Shown here: positions 9,819-19,717 of the stretch, one piece after another
Layout: the number at the start of each line of letters is the position of its first letter
Numbering within the stretch: position 1 is the stretch's first letter
Origin: Candidatus Bathyarchaeota archaeon
GTDB taxonomy: Archaea; Thermoproteota; Bathyarchaeia; 40CM-2-53-6
Assembly: GCA_963706285.1 (NCBI GenBank)
Contig: CAVPLU010000003.1
Location: 32,001-96,000, forward strand
Direction: 5' to 3'
Length of the DNA stretch: 64,000 nucleotides
Translations under genes and position numbers: made by a program
Notes under the pieces: generated by a model
The model's input: only the letters and a program-made list of their open reading frames with translations
What the model was told of the DNA's origin: nothing
Databases searched by the model: none

Positions 9819-11342
9819 GTGGCGAAAGCGAACAAACTCGGAGACATCTTCAGCCCAATCTACTCGCTTGCGGCGTCCGGTTGTCCGGAGTTCAAAATGC
9901 TAGTTGATGGAAAATGGACCTCGCTGGAGCAACGTATCGAGGTCCGGAGTCCAATCGATGATGGTCTAGTTGCGACCATCCCGAACGCTTCGGAACGAGA
10001 AGCGGATCAAGCGGTCGAGTCATCAGACACTCACAGAAACGCCATCAGGACCGTCCCCGCAGTCGAGAAGATCGAGATCTTCCTGCGCACGCGCGAATTG
10101 CTGCTCGACAACGAAGACTCCTTTGTCCATATTCTGTCGCTGGAAGCGGGCAAGACATTGGCTAATGCAAAGGGTGAAGTGAGATCTACGGCCGAGCGCC
10201 TGAAGCTCACCCCCGGAGGACTACAGCAAGATCAGAGGAGAACACATCCCAGGCGATTGGTCAGACGAGACCGTGGGTACCTCCGCAGACGTACTAAGAG
10301 AGCCACTGGGGGTCGTCTTAGCGATTTCACCTTTCAACTACCCACTCTATATTACCTCAACCAAAGCGATCCCGGCACTTCTCGCGGGAAATTCGGTCGT
10401 TGTGAAACCGGCAAGTCAAGATCCACTCTCTTTTCTCATGTTCGCTCGACTCTGGAGGAAGCTGGACTTCCGGCGGGCACACTCAACGTCGTGACAGGAA
10501 GGGGACCAATCGGCGAGTATCTAGCGGGCCGCGAGAAGGTTGACATGATCAGCTTCACGGGAAGCACGGAGGTAGGAAAGAGGCTGGCTCGAGTTGCAGG
10601 CATCAAGAAACTGCACATGGAATTGGGCGGGAAAGGATGCGCGATAGTTCTCGGAGACGCTGACCTTGATCTTGCGGTGAAGGAGATCGCGAAAGGCTCT
10701 CTCAGCTACAGTGGGCAGAGATGTGATGCAGTAAGCCGAGTCCTCGTTGAACAGAGTATTGTAGAAGCGTTCGTTGAGAAGATTGTGGAGGAGGCTGGAA
10801 CGTACAAGGTTGGCGACCCACGCGACCCCACAGTCAAAGTCGGACCACTCATCAATCGCAGTGCAGTAGAAAGGGTGCATGGCCTCGTTACTGATGCGAT
10901 CGACAAAGGCGCCAAGGCGCTTGTAGGAGCGAAGTTCGAAGGCAACTACTACTATCCAACGGTGCTCTACCCGGTTCCTATAAACGCGAACATCATGTGG
11001 GAAGAGACATTTGGTCCCATAATTCCGGTAATGTCTGTGAAAGATGTGGACGAAGCGATTGACCTGACGAATAGGTCGAAGTATGGCTTGGATTCGTGTG
11101 TCTTCACCTTCAACCTTAACCTTGCAAGAAAAGTCGCAAAGAGACTTGAAGAAGGAGAGATAACGATAAACGCGGCTCCCCGCCACGGCGTCGGCTATTA
11201 CCCGTTCGGTGGAAACAAAGACTCTGGACTCGGTAGAGAAGGAATAGGATACAGCATAGAAGAAATGACGAGACTGAAGACAATCGTCTACAACTGGAAG
11301 CCCGCTAGAGTCTGGAGCGACCTAGTGGAACCGGGTAAGTGA
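9819..11342 (+). CDS. gapN: Non-phosphorylating glyceraldehyde-3-phosphate dehydrogenase (ALDH family); compensating frameshifts at ~10210 and ~10450
   Basis: 'REPLGVVLAISPFNYPL' in the alternate frame, plus 'FTGSTEVG', 'ELGGK', 'YSGQRC', 'EETFGP' and 'PRHGVGYYPFGG..SG..REGIGY' as in crenarchaeal GAPN. Confidence 0.8.
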   Translation: MAKANKLGDIFSPIYSLAASGCPEFKMLVDGKWTSLEQRIEVRSPIDDGLVATIPNASEREADQAVESSDTHRNAIRTVPAVEKIEIFLRTRELLLDNEDSFVHILSLEAGKTLANAKGEVRSTAERLKLTPGGLQQDQRRTHPRRLVRRDRGYLRRRTKRATGGRLSDFTFQLPTLYYLNQSDPGTSRGKFGRCETGKSRSTLFSHVRSTLEEAGLPAGTLNVVTGRGPIGEYLAGREKVDMISFTGSTEVGKRLARVAGIKKLHMELGGKGCAIVLGDADLDLAVKEIAKGSLSYSGQRCDAVSRVLVEQSIVEAFVEKIVEEAGTYKVGDPRDPTVKVGPLINRSAVERVHGLVTDAIDKGAKALVGAKFEGNYYYPTVLYPVPINANIMWEETFGPIIPVMSVKDVDEAIDLTNRSKYGLDSCVFTFNLNLARKVAKRLEEGEITINAAPRHGVGYYPFGGNKDSGLGREGIGYSIEEMTRLKTIVYNWKPARVWSDLVEPGK

Positions 11343-11601
11343 TTCAGAACGTCCTTGCCCTCTCGGCTTTGCCTGATCCGGGACCAAGGCTTGGCGAAGA
11401 CAATGCGCTCCTCCATTCGTTATGGTTCAAACTGGTCGCCCGCACAGAGCATAACCACACACCAACGAAAGGAAGAATGGGCGAGCCTGACTGCAAGCGC
11501 TTAGCCGTTTCTTGCCTCATGGGCGAAAGGGCATTAGAGCGAGCTGCCGTCGGAGATTATCAAGAAAAATGTCGCTTGCTCCACTTTCGAATATCTATTT
11601 C

Positions 11602-12101
11602 TCAAAAGCCCTTGCTCTTTCTGATCTTGATAGAAATTCTGTGGTCAGCTTTTTGAAGCATTACTCTATTCAAAAATTCCTGCCTTAGATTTCTTGGAAG
11701 ACGCCGTGATTGCCAATTGCGTTCTTTGACAACCTTACCCTCCGCATTAGCGGGGTCAGCCGCTGCAACTGCCTTAAGAGCATAGTAAGAAGCGCCGAAG
11801 GCGTGTTGGGGAACATGTGCAGTTGCCACCGCTTGACCTGCGGCACGCGCAGCAAAACAAGCCGCGTTATCTTCTTTGCTTCGCGGGCGGAGGCATGAGC
11901 TGCAAGAGAAACTCCACGCACATCAGCCATCTTAAACACTCCTGTGCGAATCCAGGTTCGGCATGCTTCGATGGCTTTGCGAGGTCGGTCGTCTTTCGGG
12001 TATGCCTTTTCAAAATACGGAAGCACTCGTTCGGCACAATCCGCAGCACAGGTTGCCAGCGACCTCTGATCTTGTTTACTGTATTTCTTGTATCTTCTCA
12101 T
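11602..12101 (-). CDS. Imm5-like 'putative immunity protein' family (frameshift ~11870)
   Basis: 'AADCAERVL..FE...P.DDRPRKAI...AHA.AR' joins 'AARAAGQAVATAHVPQHA' across the frameshift. Confidence 0.75.
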
Positions 12102-12419
12102 GGTATGGTTGCTCTCCCTCTTCACGGGCGATCTTGCGAAATATCGATAGGCTTTTCGTGCCTGATTGATTTCGGAGTTATCATCTTCCTGTTGGCAGCC
12201 GCTTTGCCGATAGTGCCAGGTCTCGTGTGTGATACAGCTGGTGCAGGGATATTGCATAGGCCCTGTTTATAGTGGTCACGTGGACATGCTAGAAGGGGAC
12301 GTGGAAGTCACGTGCAAGTCCACCTTACTGCCACGCGTGAGGGCGTTCACGAAGCTTGTAGACTAACCGCGCGCCAACGCAGTCTTGGCTTTCCTTAGTG
12401 AGACATCAACGTTCGAACG

Positions 12420-12515
12420 TGACGTGTGCGTGGTTAGGACTTTGAACCGTCGTTCGTCGTGGTTATTGGGTTGATTTTTGTCGGTAGGCTGGTGCGCACA
12501 CCCGCGCACCACAAT
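12420..12515 (-). repeat. Copy of intergenic repeat family
   Basis: Minus strand reads GGGTGTGCGCACCAGCCTACCGAC...ACGACGAACGACGGTTCAAAGTCCTAACCACGCACAC. Confidence 0.8.
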
Positions 12516-12578
12516 GACACATGATATGGAAAGGCAGATATCAGGCCATAGCCAGAGTATCTCTGGAGAATATGGGTT

Positions 12579-13214
12579 ATGTCTGGGCCGATTGACATAG
12601 TGCTTTGCTTACACAATGCATTTCGTCGTGACACGCTGGAGATCGATGACGCTGCCTTCAAAGCAGCGCGTAGTGGTGGGGATATTAGTCGCGTTTTGGA
12701 TCGACTGCACATTACCGGAGAAGTTCTAGACTATCACGCGAAGGGTGAGGAGGAGGCGGTGTTCCCCGCTGTCGATAAGGTGGCGCCGCTTGTAGCGAAG
12801 GCCTACTTTTTGGACCATCGTGAACTAGACATAATGGTTGCTGGACTGGAAGCGATGCGGACAGCACCGGATGCATTAACAGCGGCTAGGGCGACAGCTG
12901 TCCTGAACGCACATCTGAGGATTCATCTGAACAAGGAAGACGCTCATTTGTACCCAATTCTGCGAGAGCGAACTACAGAAAGCGAGCAAGCCTCAATCGT
13001 TGGGACGATGGCCAGGAAGATCCCCCCTGACAGAAACCCCACTGTTGTTCGGTGGCTTTTCCCGTTACTAGGCCATGATGACCGTGCCGTGGTCACTAGG
13101 GGCTGGATGACTTTTATGCCTCCGCAAGTTTTCGCTGGACTCAAACCTCTCATTCGAGAGACTGTTGCCGGAGACTGGGCCGAGCTAACACGGCGAGTCC
13201 CAGAACTAAACTAA
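12579..13214 (+). CDS. Hemerythrin (HHE) domain protein
   Basis: 'HNAFRRD...YHAKGEEEAVFP...DHRELD...HLNKEDAHLYP'. Confidence 0.88.
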   Translation: MSGPIDIVLCLHNAFRRDTLEIDDAAFKAARSGGDISRVLDRLHITGEVLDYHAKGEEEAVFPAVDKVAPLVAKAYFLDHRELDIMVAGLEAMRTAPDALTAARATAVLNAHLRIHLNKEDAHLYPILRERTTESEQASIVGTMARKIPPDRNPTVVRWLFPLLGHDDRAVVTRGWMTFMPPQVFAGLKPLIRETVAGDWAELTRRVPELN

Positions 13215-13274
13215 CCCAATTGTGATTCGACCCACTCTCCACTGCTTCAATCCATCAGCTCTGTTTTGCCGACT

Positions 13275-13335
13275 AAATTGTGGGTCCGTGCAGTTTCTTG
13301 TGTGTGCACATCAAGTGATCCACATACATACACGT
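13275..13335 (-). repeat. Hairpin core of intergenic repeat family
   Basis: Minus strand reads TGTATGTGGATCACTTGATGTGCACACACAAG, nearly identical to the copy at ~29907. Confidence 0.8.
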
Positions 13336-13377
13336 GAGACGATGACTCGTGCTCTTTCGCGCTCTTGAGAACTCCAT

Positions 13378-13461
13378 AAGAGGCCCCTCTTTCCCGGAAA
13401 GAGGCCCCTCTTTAGGTCAAAGCGGCACCTCTTTCCCGGAGGGCGGCACCTCTTTGCAGAG
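13378..13461 (+). repeat. 4 x 21-bp tandem repeat with internal palindrome
   Basis: AAGAGGCCCCTCTTTCCCGGA / AAGAGGCCCCTCTTTAGGTCA / AAGCGGCACCTCTTTCCCGGA / GGGCGGCACCTCTTTGCAGAG. Confidence 0.9.
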
Positions 13462-13779
13462 AGTGGTCCTACATAATGCCACGCATGCCGCGGGCGCAGC
13501 GATAGGGAAAGAGGATAGCGGGGGCATCTCGCATTGGGCGCACAGTCTGACAGCCCTTTGTCATCGTTATTGTTATTGTGTATGAGTAGGCTGGTGCGGG
13601 CAGTGGAGTTTGAACTGCGATTCTAGGCGACGGCAATTCATCATGCCGGCTGGGACAGAGAATCATCAAACTACGTTTTCTCGTAAGCGGGTATGATTCT
13701 TTGACGACGTCTGCCGAAACAAGGAAAGAAGGGTTAAATGCGCCTCAGGCTGCATGGCGCAGTTCGGTCGTCATCTAGA

Positions 13780-14103
13780 ATGCAGTTCTGCTCGAAATGC
13801 AGTCTGACGCTTGTTCCAACAAAGAAGGAAGAGACTGTTGTGCTAACATGCCCAAAGTGCGGGCAAGAAACTAGACGTTCAGATCCAGTGATGCAGAAAC
13901 TCGGAAAGACCAAGGAATCCATCGTGGTAATCGGCAAAAAGGAAGAGAACATACGAACTCTCCCGACAGCAAAAACTCGCTGCCAAAAATGCGGGCATGG
14001 AGAAGCTTTCTATTGGATGGTGCAAACGCGCGGGGGCGATGAAGCATCAACCCAGTTCTTCAGGTGTGCCAAATGCGGAGTAACATGGCGAGAGTATTCA
14101 TGA
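13780..14103 (+). CDS. tfs: Transcription factor S (TFS/RpoM, TFIIS-like cleavage factor)
   Basis: Two zinc ribbons (CSKC/CPKC and CQKC/CAKC) and 'QTRGGDEASTQFFRC' with the catalytic DE pair. Confidence 0.92.
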   Translation: MQFCSKCSLTLVPTKKEETVVLTCPKCGQETRRSDPVMQKLGKTKESIVVIGKKEENIRTLPTAKTRCQKCGHGEAFYWMVQTRGGDEASTQFFRCAKCGVTWREYS

Positions 14104-14237
14104 AACCCCGAAGTTGGGAAACCACTGTAGAGATAGGATAGCTCCCGATAGCGGTCGTCGCAGAACCAGACAAAGAGACAGGGCAGGGATAGATGTTCGC
14201 CCAGCTGGCACTTAATTCGTCGTTAACGAACTGGTCT

Positions 14238-15407
14238 TCACTGGTGAGACTCGTTGTCTCTCACCAACAGGACGACTGATATGAGGAAAAGAGTGTACAC
14301 CGCTGCAATGAGCCATGAGATCGAATAGCCAAACGATATGGCGAGAAGAGAGAACGCCACCGGAGACCAGAATCCTGCGAACATTTGAATACAATTTACC
14401 CAGCTTACTGCAAGCGTTTCATATTCCGCTGACACGGCCGGGACCTCTCGCGCGGCCAAGTAGCTAATAGTGAAGGCGCCACTGCAACTCCCCACAATGA
14501 TAGTGGCCCCGATTGCAGAGTAAGAGTTTCCAATGGAAACTAATGCGACCGCGATTGCCAATGCTGATCCGAGAGAGAATAGCAACAAGCGAATTCTCCT
14601 TGTTTTATCATATAGTAACCCAAACAGAGGAGATGCAAATATCGCAGATAACGGACTGAGACTCCCTATTATTCCAGCTGACGCCGGCCCCAGATTCAAT
14701 GACTGTTCAAGATAGAAGATCATGAAAGTGTTAATGAGGATCTGACCGCTGCCTATCCCAAATAGGTAAAGCGAAAGTATGAGCAACCATCTATTCGAAA
14801 GCACTTTTCGCAAGTCATCTGCCTTGATGACAAAGCCTTTGCGCAGTTCATCTCTTGGCAAGTATGCCAAGAGGAAGAGGGCGCCTAGAACGCCTAGAGC
14901 ACTGCTAATAGCTAGGCTTAAGCGCCATCCAGTCAGATCAGCTAGAACTGACCATGCAAAAAGACCCAGCGCTCCTCCAACATAGAATGCTGCGTTGAAA
15001 ACTCCAACTCCGAAGCCTTGTGATTTACGACTAAACGACTTTGCGACTAGTGTGACTCCTGGACCAAAAAATAGGGCCATGCCAACTCCGACGAAGAATC
15101 TCAGTATGACGAACTGATAGAACTCAGAAGTGACTGCCGTCAGACTCGTTGCAGCCGACGAAATCAGTATCCCGTATATGGCGATTTTCCTTGGTCCGAA
15201 CTTTGCTGCGAATACTCCTCCTGGAATTTGAAACACACCTAGTCCAATGTAGAAACTCGCAGTAACGAAGCCTAGGCCTGAAACATCTTGACCGAAATCA
15301 TGAGCCATGAATGCGAAAACTGCAGCCACGTTATACCAATTAACCGCATAGATTACTCTAGAAAAGACCAACGAAGCGACGGCGCCGCGGTTAGATATGC
15401 TTCTCAT
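14238..15407 (-). CDS. MFS transporter
   Basis: About 12 TM helices, 'GGVFAAKFGPRK' motif-A-like loop and 'LRFFVGVG'. Confidence 0.88.
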   Translation of the reverse strand: MRSISNRGAVASLVFSRVIYAVNWYNVAAVFAFMAHDFGQDVSGLGFVTASFYIGLGVFQIPGGVFAAKFGPRKIAIYGILISSAATSLTAVTSEFYQFVILRFFVGVGMALFFGPGVTLVAKSFSRKSQGFGVGVFNAAFYVGGALGLFAWSVLADLTGWRLSLAISSALGVLGALFLLAYLPRDELRKGFVIKADDLRKVLSNRWLLILSLYLFGIGSGQILINTFMIFYLEQSLNLGPASAGIIGSLSPLSAIFASPLFGLLYDKTRRIRLLLFSLGSALAIAVALVSIGNSYSAIGATIIVGSCSGAFTISYLAAREVPAVSAEYETLAVSWVNCIQMFAGFWSPVAFSLLAISFGYSISWLIAAVYTLFLISVVLLVRDNESHQ

Positions 15408-15489
15408 TTGAATAGTTGTCCAGCAATTAATGCGTGGTCGCAGTGAGCATTTCAAACCTAAAGAACTATGCTGACGGCGGGACCTCTTA

Positions 15490-15522
15490 GCGTGTGTGTA
15501 GCTTAGTGCGCACCACCACAAT
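15490..15522 (+). repeat. Hairpin core of intergenic repeat family
   Basis: GTGTGTGTAGCTTAGTGCGCACCACCACAA. Confidence 0.7.
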
Positions 15523-15678
15523 ACGCCCCTATGTGACTGCAGACTACCATGAAAGACTCGACTGAAGCACAGCATGTGCTAAGACAAGTCTTCTTTGAGT
15601 CCAGAATATTCGGGGCTGCCGGCAATAAGACTCTACATGCAGAGTTAAAATACCGCGTCGCGCGTTTTCCACATTACG

Positions 15679-16521
15679 ATGACTACTAAAGTCTGTCTCG
15701 TAACAGGCGCCAGTTCTGGTGTTGGTCGAGCTACGGCAGCCAGATTAGCAGGAACCGGCGCAGGTGTGGTAGTGGTTTGTCGTGACAGGACTCGCGGAGA
15801 ACAGGCTCGTAAGGAAATTATTTCACAGACCCAAAACCAATCAGTTGACTTGATGATCGCCGACCTATCCTCTCTGGCTTCTGTTCGCAGTCTGGTGGCC
15901 AATTTCGAAGCGAGATACTCCAGACTAGACGTGCTGATAAACGACGCTGCGATTTACAGCAGCACTCGTGAAGTTACGCCTGATGGCTTTGAGTTAATGT
16001 TTGCAACAAACTATTTGGGGCCGTTCCTCCTTACCCGTTTGCTGATTCCTCGCCTAGTAGCAGCGGCGCCTTCCAGAGTCATCAGCGTGACTGCACCCTC
16101 TACAACTAGACCGAATCTCAATGACCTGCAAGGAGAACGAAAGTTCGGGGCGTTGAGTGCCTTCGGGGCGTCGAAAGCCGCGGATCTCCTCTTCACTTAC
16201 GCACTCTCTCGCAGGCTTGAACGAGTAGGCGTGATGGCAAATGCCTATCATCCCGGCATCGTGCGAACAGGCCTGATGAGCAGGGCGTCTGTGCCTGTTC
16301 GATTGGTCTCAAGCGTTATGAATTTGTTCGTCGGGGTCACGCCTGAACGAGCTTCTAAGGGGTTAGTAGAGTTGGCCACGTCTGACAGATTTACGAAATT
16401 GACAGGACAACTCGTGCACAATGGCAAGACGATTGCCGCACCGTTCGTCGAGGACGTAGACTTTCAAGACCATCTGTGGAAAACAAGCTGCGGACTCGTC
16501 GGACTACCGGAAACGGTTTGA
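15679..16521 (+). CDS. Short-chain dehydrogenase/reductase (retinol dehydrogenase-like subgroup)
   Basis: 'LVTGASSGVG', 'ADLSSLASVR', 'DGFELMFATNYLGPFLLT' and 'HPGIVRT'. The YxxxK motif is replaced by FGASK. Confidence 0.9.
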   Translation: MTTKVCLVTGASSGVGRATAARLAGTGAGVVVVCRDRTRGEQARKEIISQTQNQSVDLMIADLSSLASVRSLVANFEARYSRLDVLINDAAIYSSTREVTPDGFELMFATNYLGPFLLTRLLIPRLVAAAPSRVISVTAPSTTRPNLNDLQGERKFGALSAFGASKAADLLFTYALSRRLERVGVMANAYHPGIVRTGLMSRASVPVRLVSSVMNLFVGVTPERASKGLVELATSDRFTKLTGQLVHNGKTIAAPFVEDVDFQDHLWKTSCGLVGLPETV

Positions 16522-16615
16522 TCATCTCAACTCATCACATGGGTACAAGAGACGTAGTTTACAGAAAATGGAGAACGTACTGAGTTAAGGAGGTTGCATC
16601 GCTTCGCTCGTGACA

Positions 16616-17110
16616 TCAAAGACTCTGCGACTCTTCCTCAAAGAATCCTGTGAGTGATGCTGGGATTTCCACCATAGGTCTTGCTCTCTGATATTCTGCC
16701 CGAGTTACGGACTTGGTCTCCATTTCAAGGAAAGCCCTAGCCATCCCATCTTGCTTTAGTTCAGCCCTGATCTGGGCCATGGGTCCCTCACGCTTGACGA
16801 TCCAGCCTGTCCCCGATATAGGACGTTTTGTACTCATATCTCCGAGCTTCATGTCAATCGTCTTAGGCATTAGGGGAACTCGATGAAGAATTCCACCGGC
16901 TGTCCAGATGATCAGATCGACGAGCACTGCGTATACAATTCCAGGGTTGACGACACCGGGCTGACCAGACCACCACTTTGTAGGGATGCATTCGGTGGTG
17001 ACACGATCGTCTCCCTTGAAGAATCTCAGTCTAAGGCCCATCGGATTCTGTGGGCCACACCCGAAGCAGAGGTTGTCGTCCGAATTTTCGAGTTCGACTC
17101 GTTGAGTCAT
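16616..17110 (-). CDS. PaaI-like hotdog-fold thioesterase
   Basis: 'CFGCGPQNPMGLRLRF...GQPGVVNPG', the N-terminal motif of this subfamily. Confidence 0.8.
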   Translation of the reverse strand: MTQRVELENSDDNLCFGCGPQNPMGLRLRFFKGDDRVTTECIPTKWWSGQPGVVNPGIVYAVLVDLIIWTAGGILHRVPLMPKTIDMKLGDMSTKRPISGTGWIVKREGPMAQIRAELKQDGMARAFLEMETKSVTRAEYQRARPMVEIPASLTGFFEEESQSL

Positions 17111-17219
17111 GTAGACACAGGCACCCCGCCGTCTTTATATCAATTCCGAAGCGTGCTTCCGCGATTTGAAATTGAGGAACTAAGAAGGGTGATCGTTTGC
17201 TTTACCACAGTTTTTGAAA

Positions 17220-17375
17220 AGGTGGTGGTCTGCTCTGGATGCTTGCGCCAGAATTTGGACAGGCATTTACGTGTGTGTGGGTACCGTGGCGTGCACACAC
17301 TAAATTGCACGAACGATTACGGTTCAATTCACGGCACTTGCACCAGACTCACACAAATCAAACGAAAGACGACGG
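17220..17375. repeat. Multi-unit/inverted-pair copy of intergenic repeat family
   Basis: GTGTGTGTGGGTACCGTGGCGTGCACACAC...AACGATTACGGTTCAATTCACGGCACTTGCACCAGACTCACACAAAT, plus a further unit on the minus strand at 17220-17260. Confidence 0.85.
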
Positions 17376-17504
17376 ACGAGAGCTGAAATTCGGATTGTAG
17401 CCTCTTGTTGTACTGATTTTCTTACGGACAGCGCCAAGAATGGACTCTGGTAGACAGTTCGGAAAGCCAAGTTGAAATACTGACCGAGACTAATCCTAAC
17501 AGTC

Positions 17505-17942
17505 ATGCCGAAATCATTCGTGATCGAGCAATCGTACTACTTTGAGGTGGCGTTCGACAAGGTCTTCCAAGCGTTGACAGACTCGAAGATGCTTGTGAAA
17601 TGGTTCCTGTCGAAGGCTAAAATCGTATCGAAGAAGGGCGGGAGCTACTCCTTCGCTTGGATCGGAGGATATCATATGACTGGAAAGGTGAAGCGATTTG
17701 AGACGAACAAGGCTGTCTCCTTTTCGTGGTCTGATAAGCTGAAGAGTGGAGAATTGGCGAAAACTACGGCCTCGTTCAAAGTTGCTAAGAAAGGGCATGG
17801 GACTCTGCTGAAGCTGCGTCACACAGGTTTCGAGGACCCCGAGCACTTCGCAGAATGCTCCTCACGATGGGGATACTATCTGACCAACATGAAGTCAGTC
17901 TTGGACCATGGCATAGACCTGCGGTCAAAGTACGACTCGTAG
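17505..17942 (+). CDS. SRPBCC/AHSA1 (START-like) domain protein
   Basis: 'KVFQALTD...KWF...GGSYSF...T.LKLRHTGF...WGYYLTNMKSVL'. Confidence 0.88.
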   Translation: MPKSFVIEQSYYFEVAFDKVFQALTDSKMLVKWFLSKAKIVSKKGGSYSFAWIGGYHMTGKVKRFETNKAVSFSWSDKLKSGELAKTTASFKVAKKGHGTLLKLRHTGFEDPEHFAECSSRWGYYLTNMKSVLDHGIDLRSKYDS

Positions 17943-17999
17943 ACTCACCGCCAATTATCAATCAACGGGCAATCAATCCTTTGTCCTTAATCGTTTCGT

Positions 18000-18055
18000 A
18001 ATTGTGTCTGTATGCACTAAGGTGCCCGTTGTCGGGTGGGCTTGTGCACACGTAA
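18000..18055. repeat. Degenerate copy of intergenic repeat family
   Basis: Minus strand reads CGGGCACCTTAGTGCATACAGACACAAT. Plus strand reads GGTGGGCTTGTGCACAC. Confidence 0.55.
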
Positions 18056-18126
18056 CCAGAAAATTCCAATCCAAGAACGCCTGTTCAAGTCAACCTGAAG
18101 ACTCTGACTTCTTCTGGGGTTCCAAC

Positions 18127-18789
18127 TCATTTGTGAAGTGTAACAACTCGGCGGTGCCTGTCTATCCAGTAACCTAGAGGCACCGTTATCCACAGCAGAA
18201 GCAGAGTCGATGCGACGGCCTGTTCATTTGGCGGAGACGGACCGAACTGGCTGACAAAATAGACTGCGACCAAAACAACCGCGAGAGCCCACGCTCCAAA
18301 TCGTCCCAACCGATCATTCGCCACAGTTGAACGAAGATAGAGTGAAAAACCAAAGACGAACAAACCTAGCTCTAACAGTATCGTGAGCGGAAGAGAATTC
18401 CATCCTCCCAAACCAACCTTTAACCCATCCTCGAAGCCCAGAGGCAAGTCCGGCCTGTGCATGATCAAGTCGAGAAACCAATGGCTAGAAACAGCAAGAC
18501 CTACCACTGTCGCCGATCGGAGATCACGTCTAACAACATAGTAGACACCTCCAAGAAGAATCGAATAGACCAACGCGGCAGCTAAGCTGTGGCTGTACGG
18601 GTAAGAGTAGAGATCAAGACTAGAAGCCGCCATGAGCCCAGGCTTCACTGAAGCATGCTCCACTCCTGCCAAAAGAAGGATTGCAAAAACCAAGTCAAGC
18701 AGCTCAGCGGCAAGAATCAGAGTACCCAACGATACTCTCAACGCAACACGTTTTGCCCCAAAACCAACACCGAAATGACCCAGAAACAT
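18127..18789 (-). CDS. Membrane-bound metal-dependent hydrolase-like protein
   Basis: 'MFLGHF...LLDLVF...YSHSL...SHWFLDLIMHRPDLP' His/Asp motifs with TM helices. Confidence 0.8.
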   Translation of the reverse strand: MFLGHFGVGFGAKRVALRVSLGTLILAAELLDLVFAILLLAGVEHASVKPGLMAASSLDLYSYPYSHSLAAALVYSILLGGVYYVVRRDLRSATVVGLAVSSHWFLDLIMHRPDLPLGFEDGLKVGLGGWNSLPLTILLELGLFVFGFSLYLRSTVANDRLGRFGAWALAVVLVAVYFVSQFGPSPPNEQAVASTLLLLWITVPLGYWIDRHRRVVTLHK

Positions 18790-19013
18790 CCGGCAGCACC
18801 CTACCCTAGCTACCTCTGAAATGGCTCACGCCGGAACTTCAGACTTTTCATCCTTTCACACACAACTCAAACGACGACCCCACCAAAGGATGGCACATAG
18901 AAGCGAGCGATGCAAAGAGCGGCGCAAGCGTCGAAGCGCTTCAGTGTAGGGGTTCAGTACCGTACGATTGATATCCACCAGTTTTGATGTGTCGGCTACT
19001 CAAGGAGATTCTC

Positions 19014-19508
19014 ATGAAGCCGGTTCTGTTGGTGATAGACGTCCAGAAAGAGTACTTCAAAAACCCCAGAACGGCGCAATCCCTCAACGATGCTATTGCA
19101 TACATCAATGCGACCATAGAACTGTTCAGAGAGAAACATCTGCCAATTGTCTGCATTCAGGACGTGGATAAGGAGGAGGGAGTTGTGCCGGGCAAAGACG
19201 GGTTCGAACTGCCTCAGAACCTGAACATACTGTCTTCGGATCTTCACATTCATAAGACTTACAGAAATTCTTTCAACAAGACACCCCTTGGAGAGAGACT
19301 GCGAGAATTGGGCGTCGACACTGTAATCATCACTGGTTACTCCGCTGAACGTTGTGTGTTGTCTACGTATCGAGGCGCGGAGGACCTTGATTTGACATCC
19401 ATCATTTTGAGGGGCGCTCTTGCCAGCGATAATCAAGAGAATATTGAGTTTGTCGAACGCATCAGCAACATAATCTCTTATGAGAGTTTGAAGAAGGCCC
19501 TTGAATAG
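19014..19508 (+). CDS. Isochorismatase family cysteine hydrolase
   Basis: 'LLVIDVQ...KTYRNSF...TGYSAERCVLST', with the D-K-C triad. Confidence 0.9.
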   Translation: MKPVLLVIDVQKEYFKNPRTAQSLNDAIAYINATIELFREKHLPIVCIQDVDKEEGVVPGKDGFELPQNLNILSSDLHIHKTYRNSFNKTPLGERLRELGVDTVIITGYSAERCVLSTYRGAEDLDLTSIILRGALASDNQENIEFVERISNIISYESLKKALE

Positions 19509-19584
19509 TATCTATGACAGGAACTATTCGAAGCGCACGACAAATTGTGCTCTGAATCGTCGGTAGCGAACGTTCTTGGGATTT

Positions 19585-19665
19585 TCTATGTGGTATCACT
19601 CGTGCGAGCGCCGTGCAATTTGAACCTCGCCAGCCGTCATCTTCGCAGATTTGCGTGTGAGTCTC
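19585..19665 (-). repeat. Copy of intergenic repeat family
   Basis: Minus strand reads CTCACACGCAAAT...GAGGTTCAAATTGCACGGCGCTCGCACGAGTGATACCACA. Confidence 0.7.
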
Positions 19666-19717
19666 ATGATGCGAGACTCGGAAAGTCATACAGGCAAGGT
19701 TGATGCAAGTTCTCTTC

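Noticed and set aside
11602-12101. Toxin-immunity or defence system
   Set aside because: The Imm5-like gene has no adjacent toxin, and this family commonly occurs standalone.
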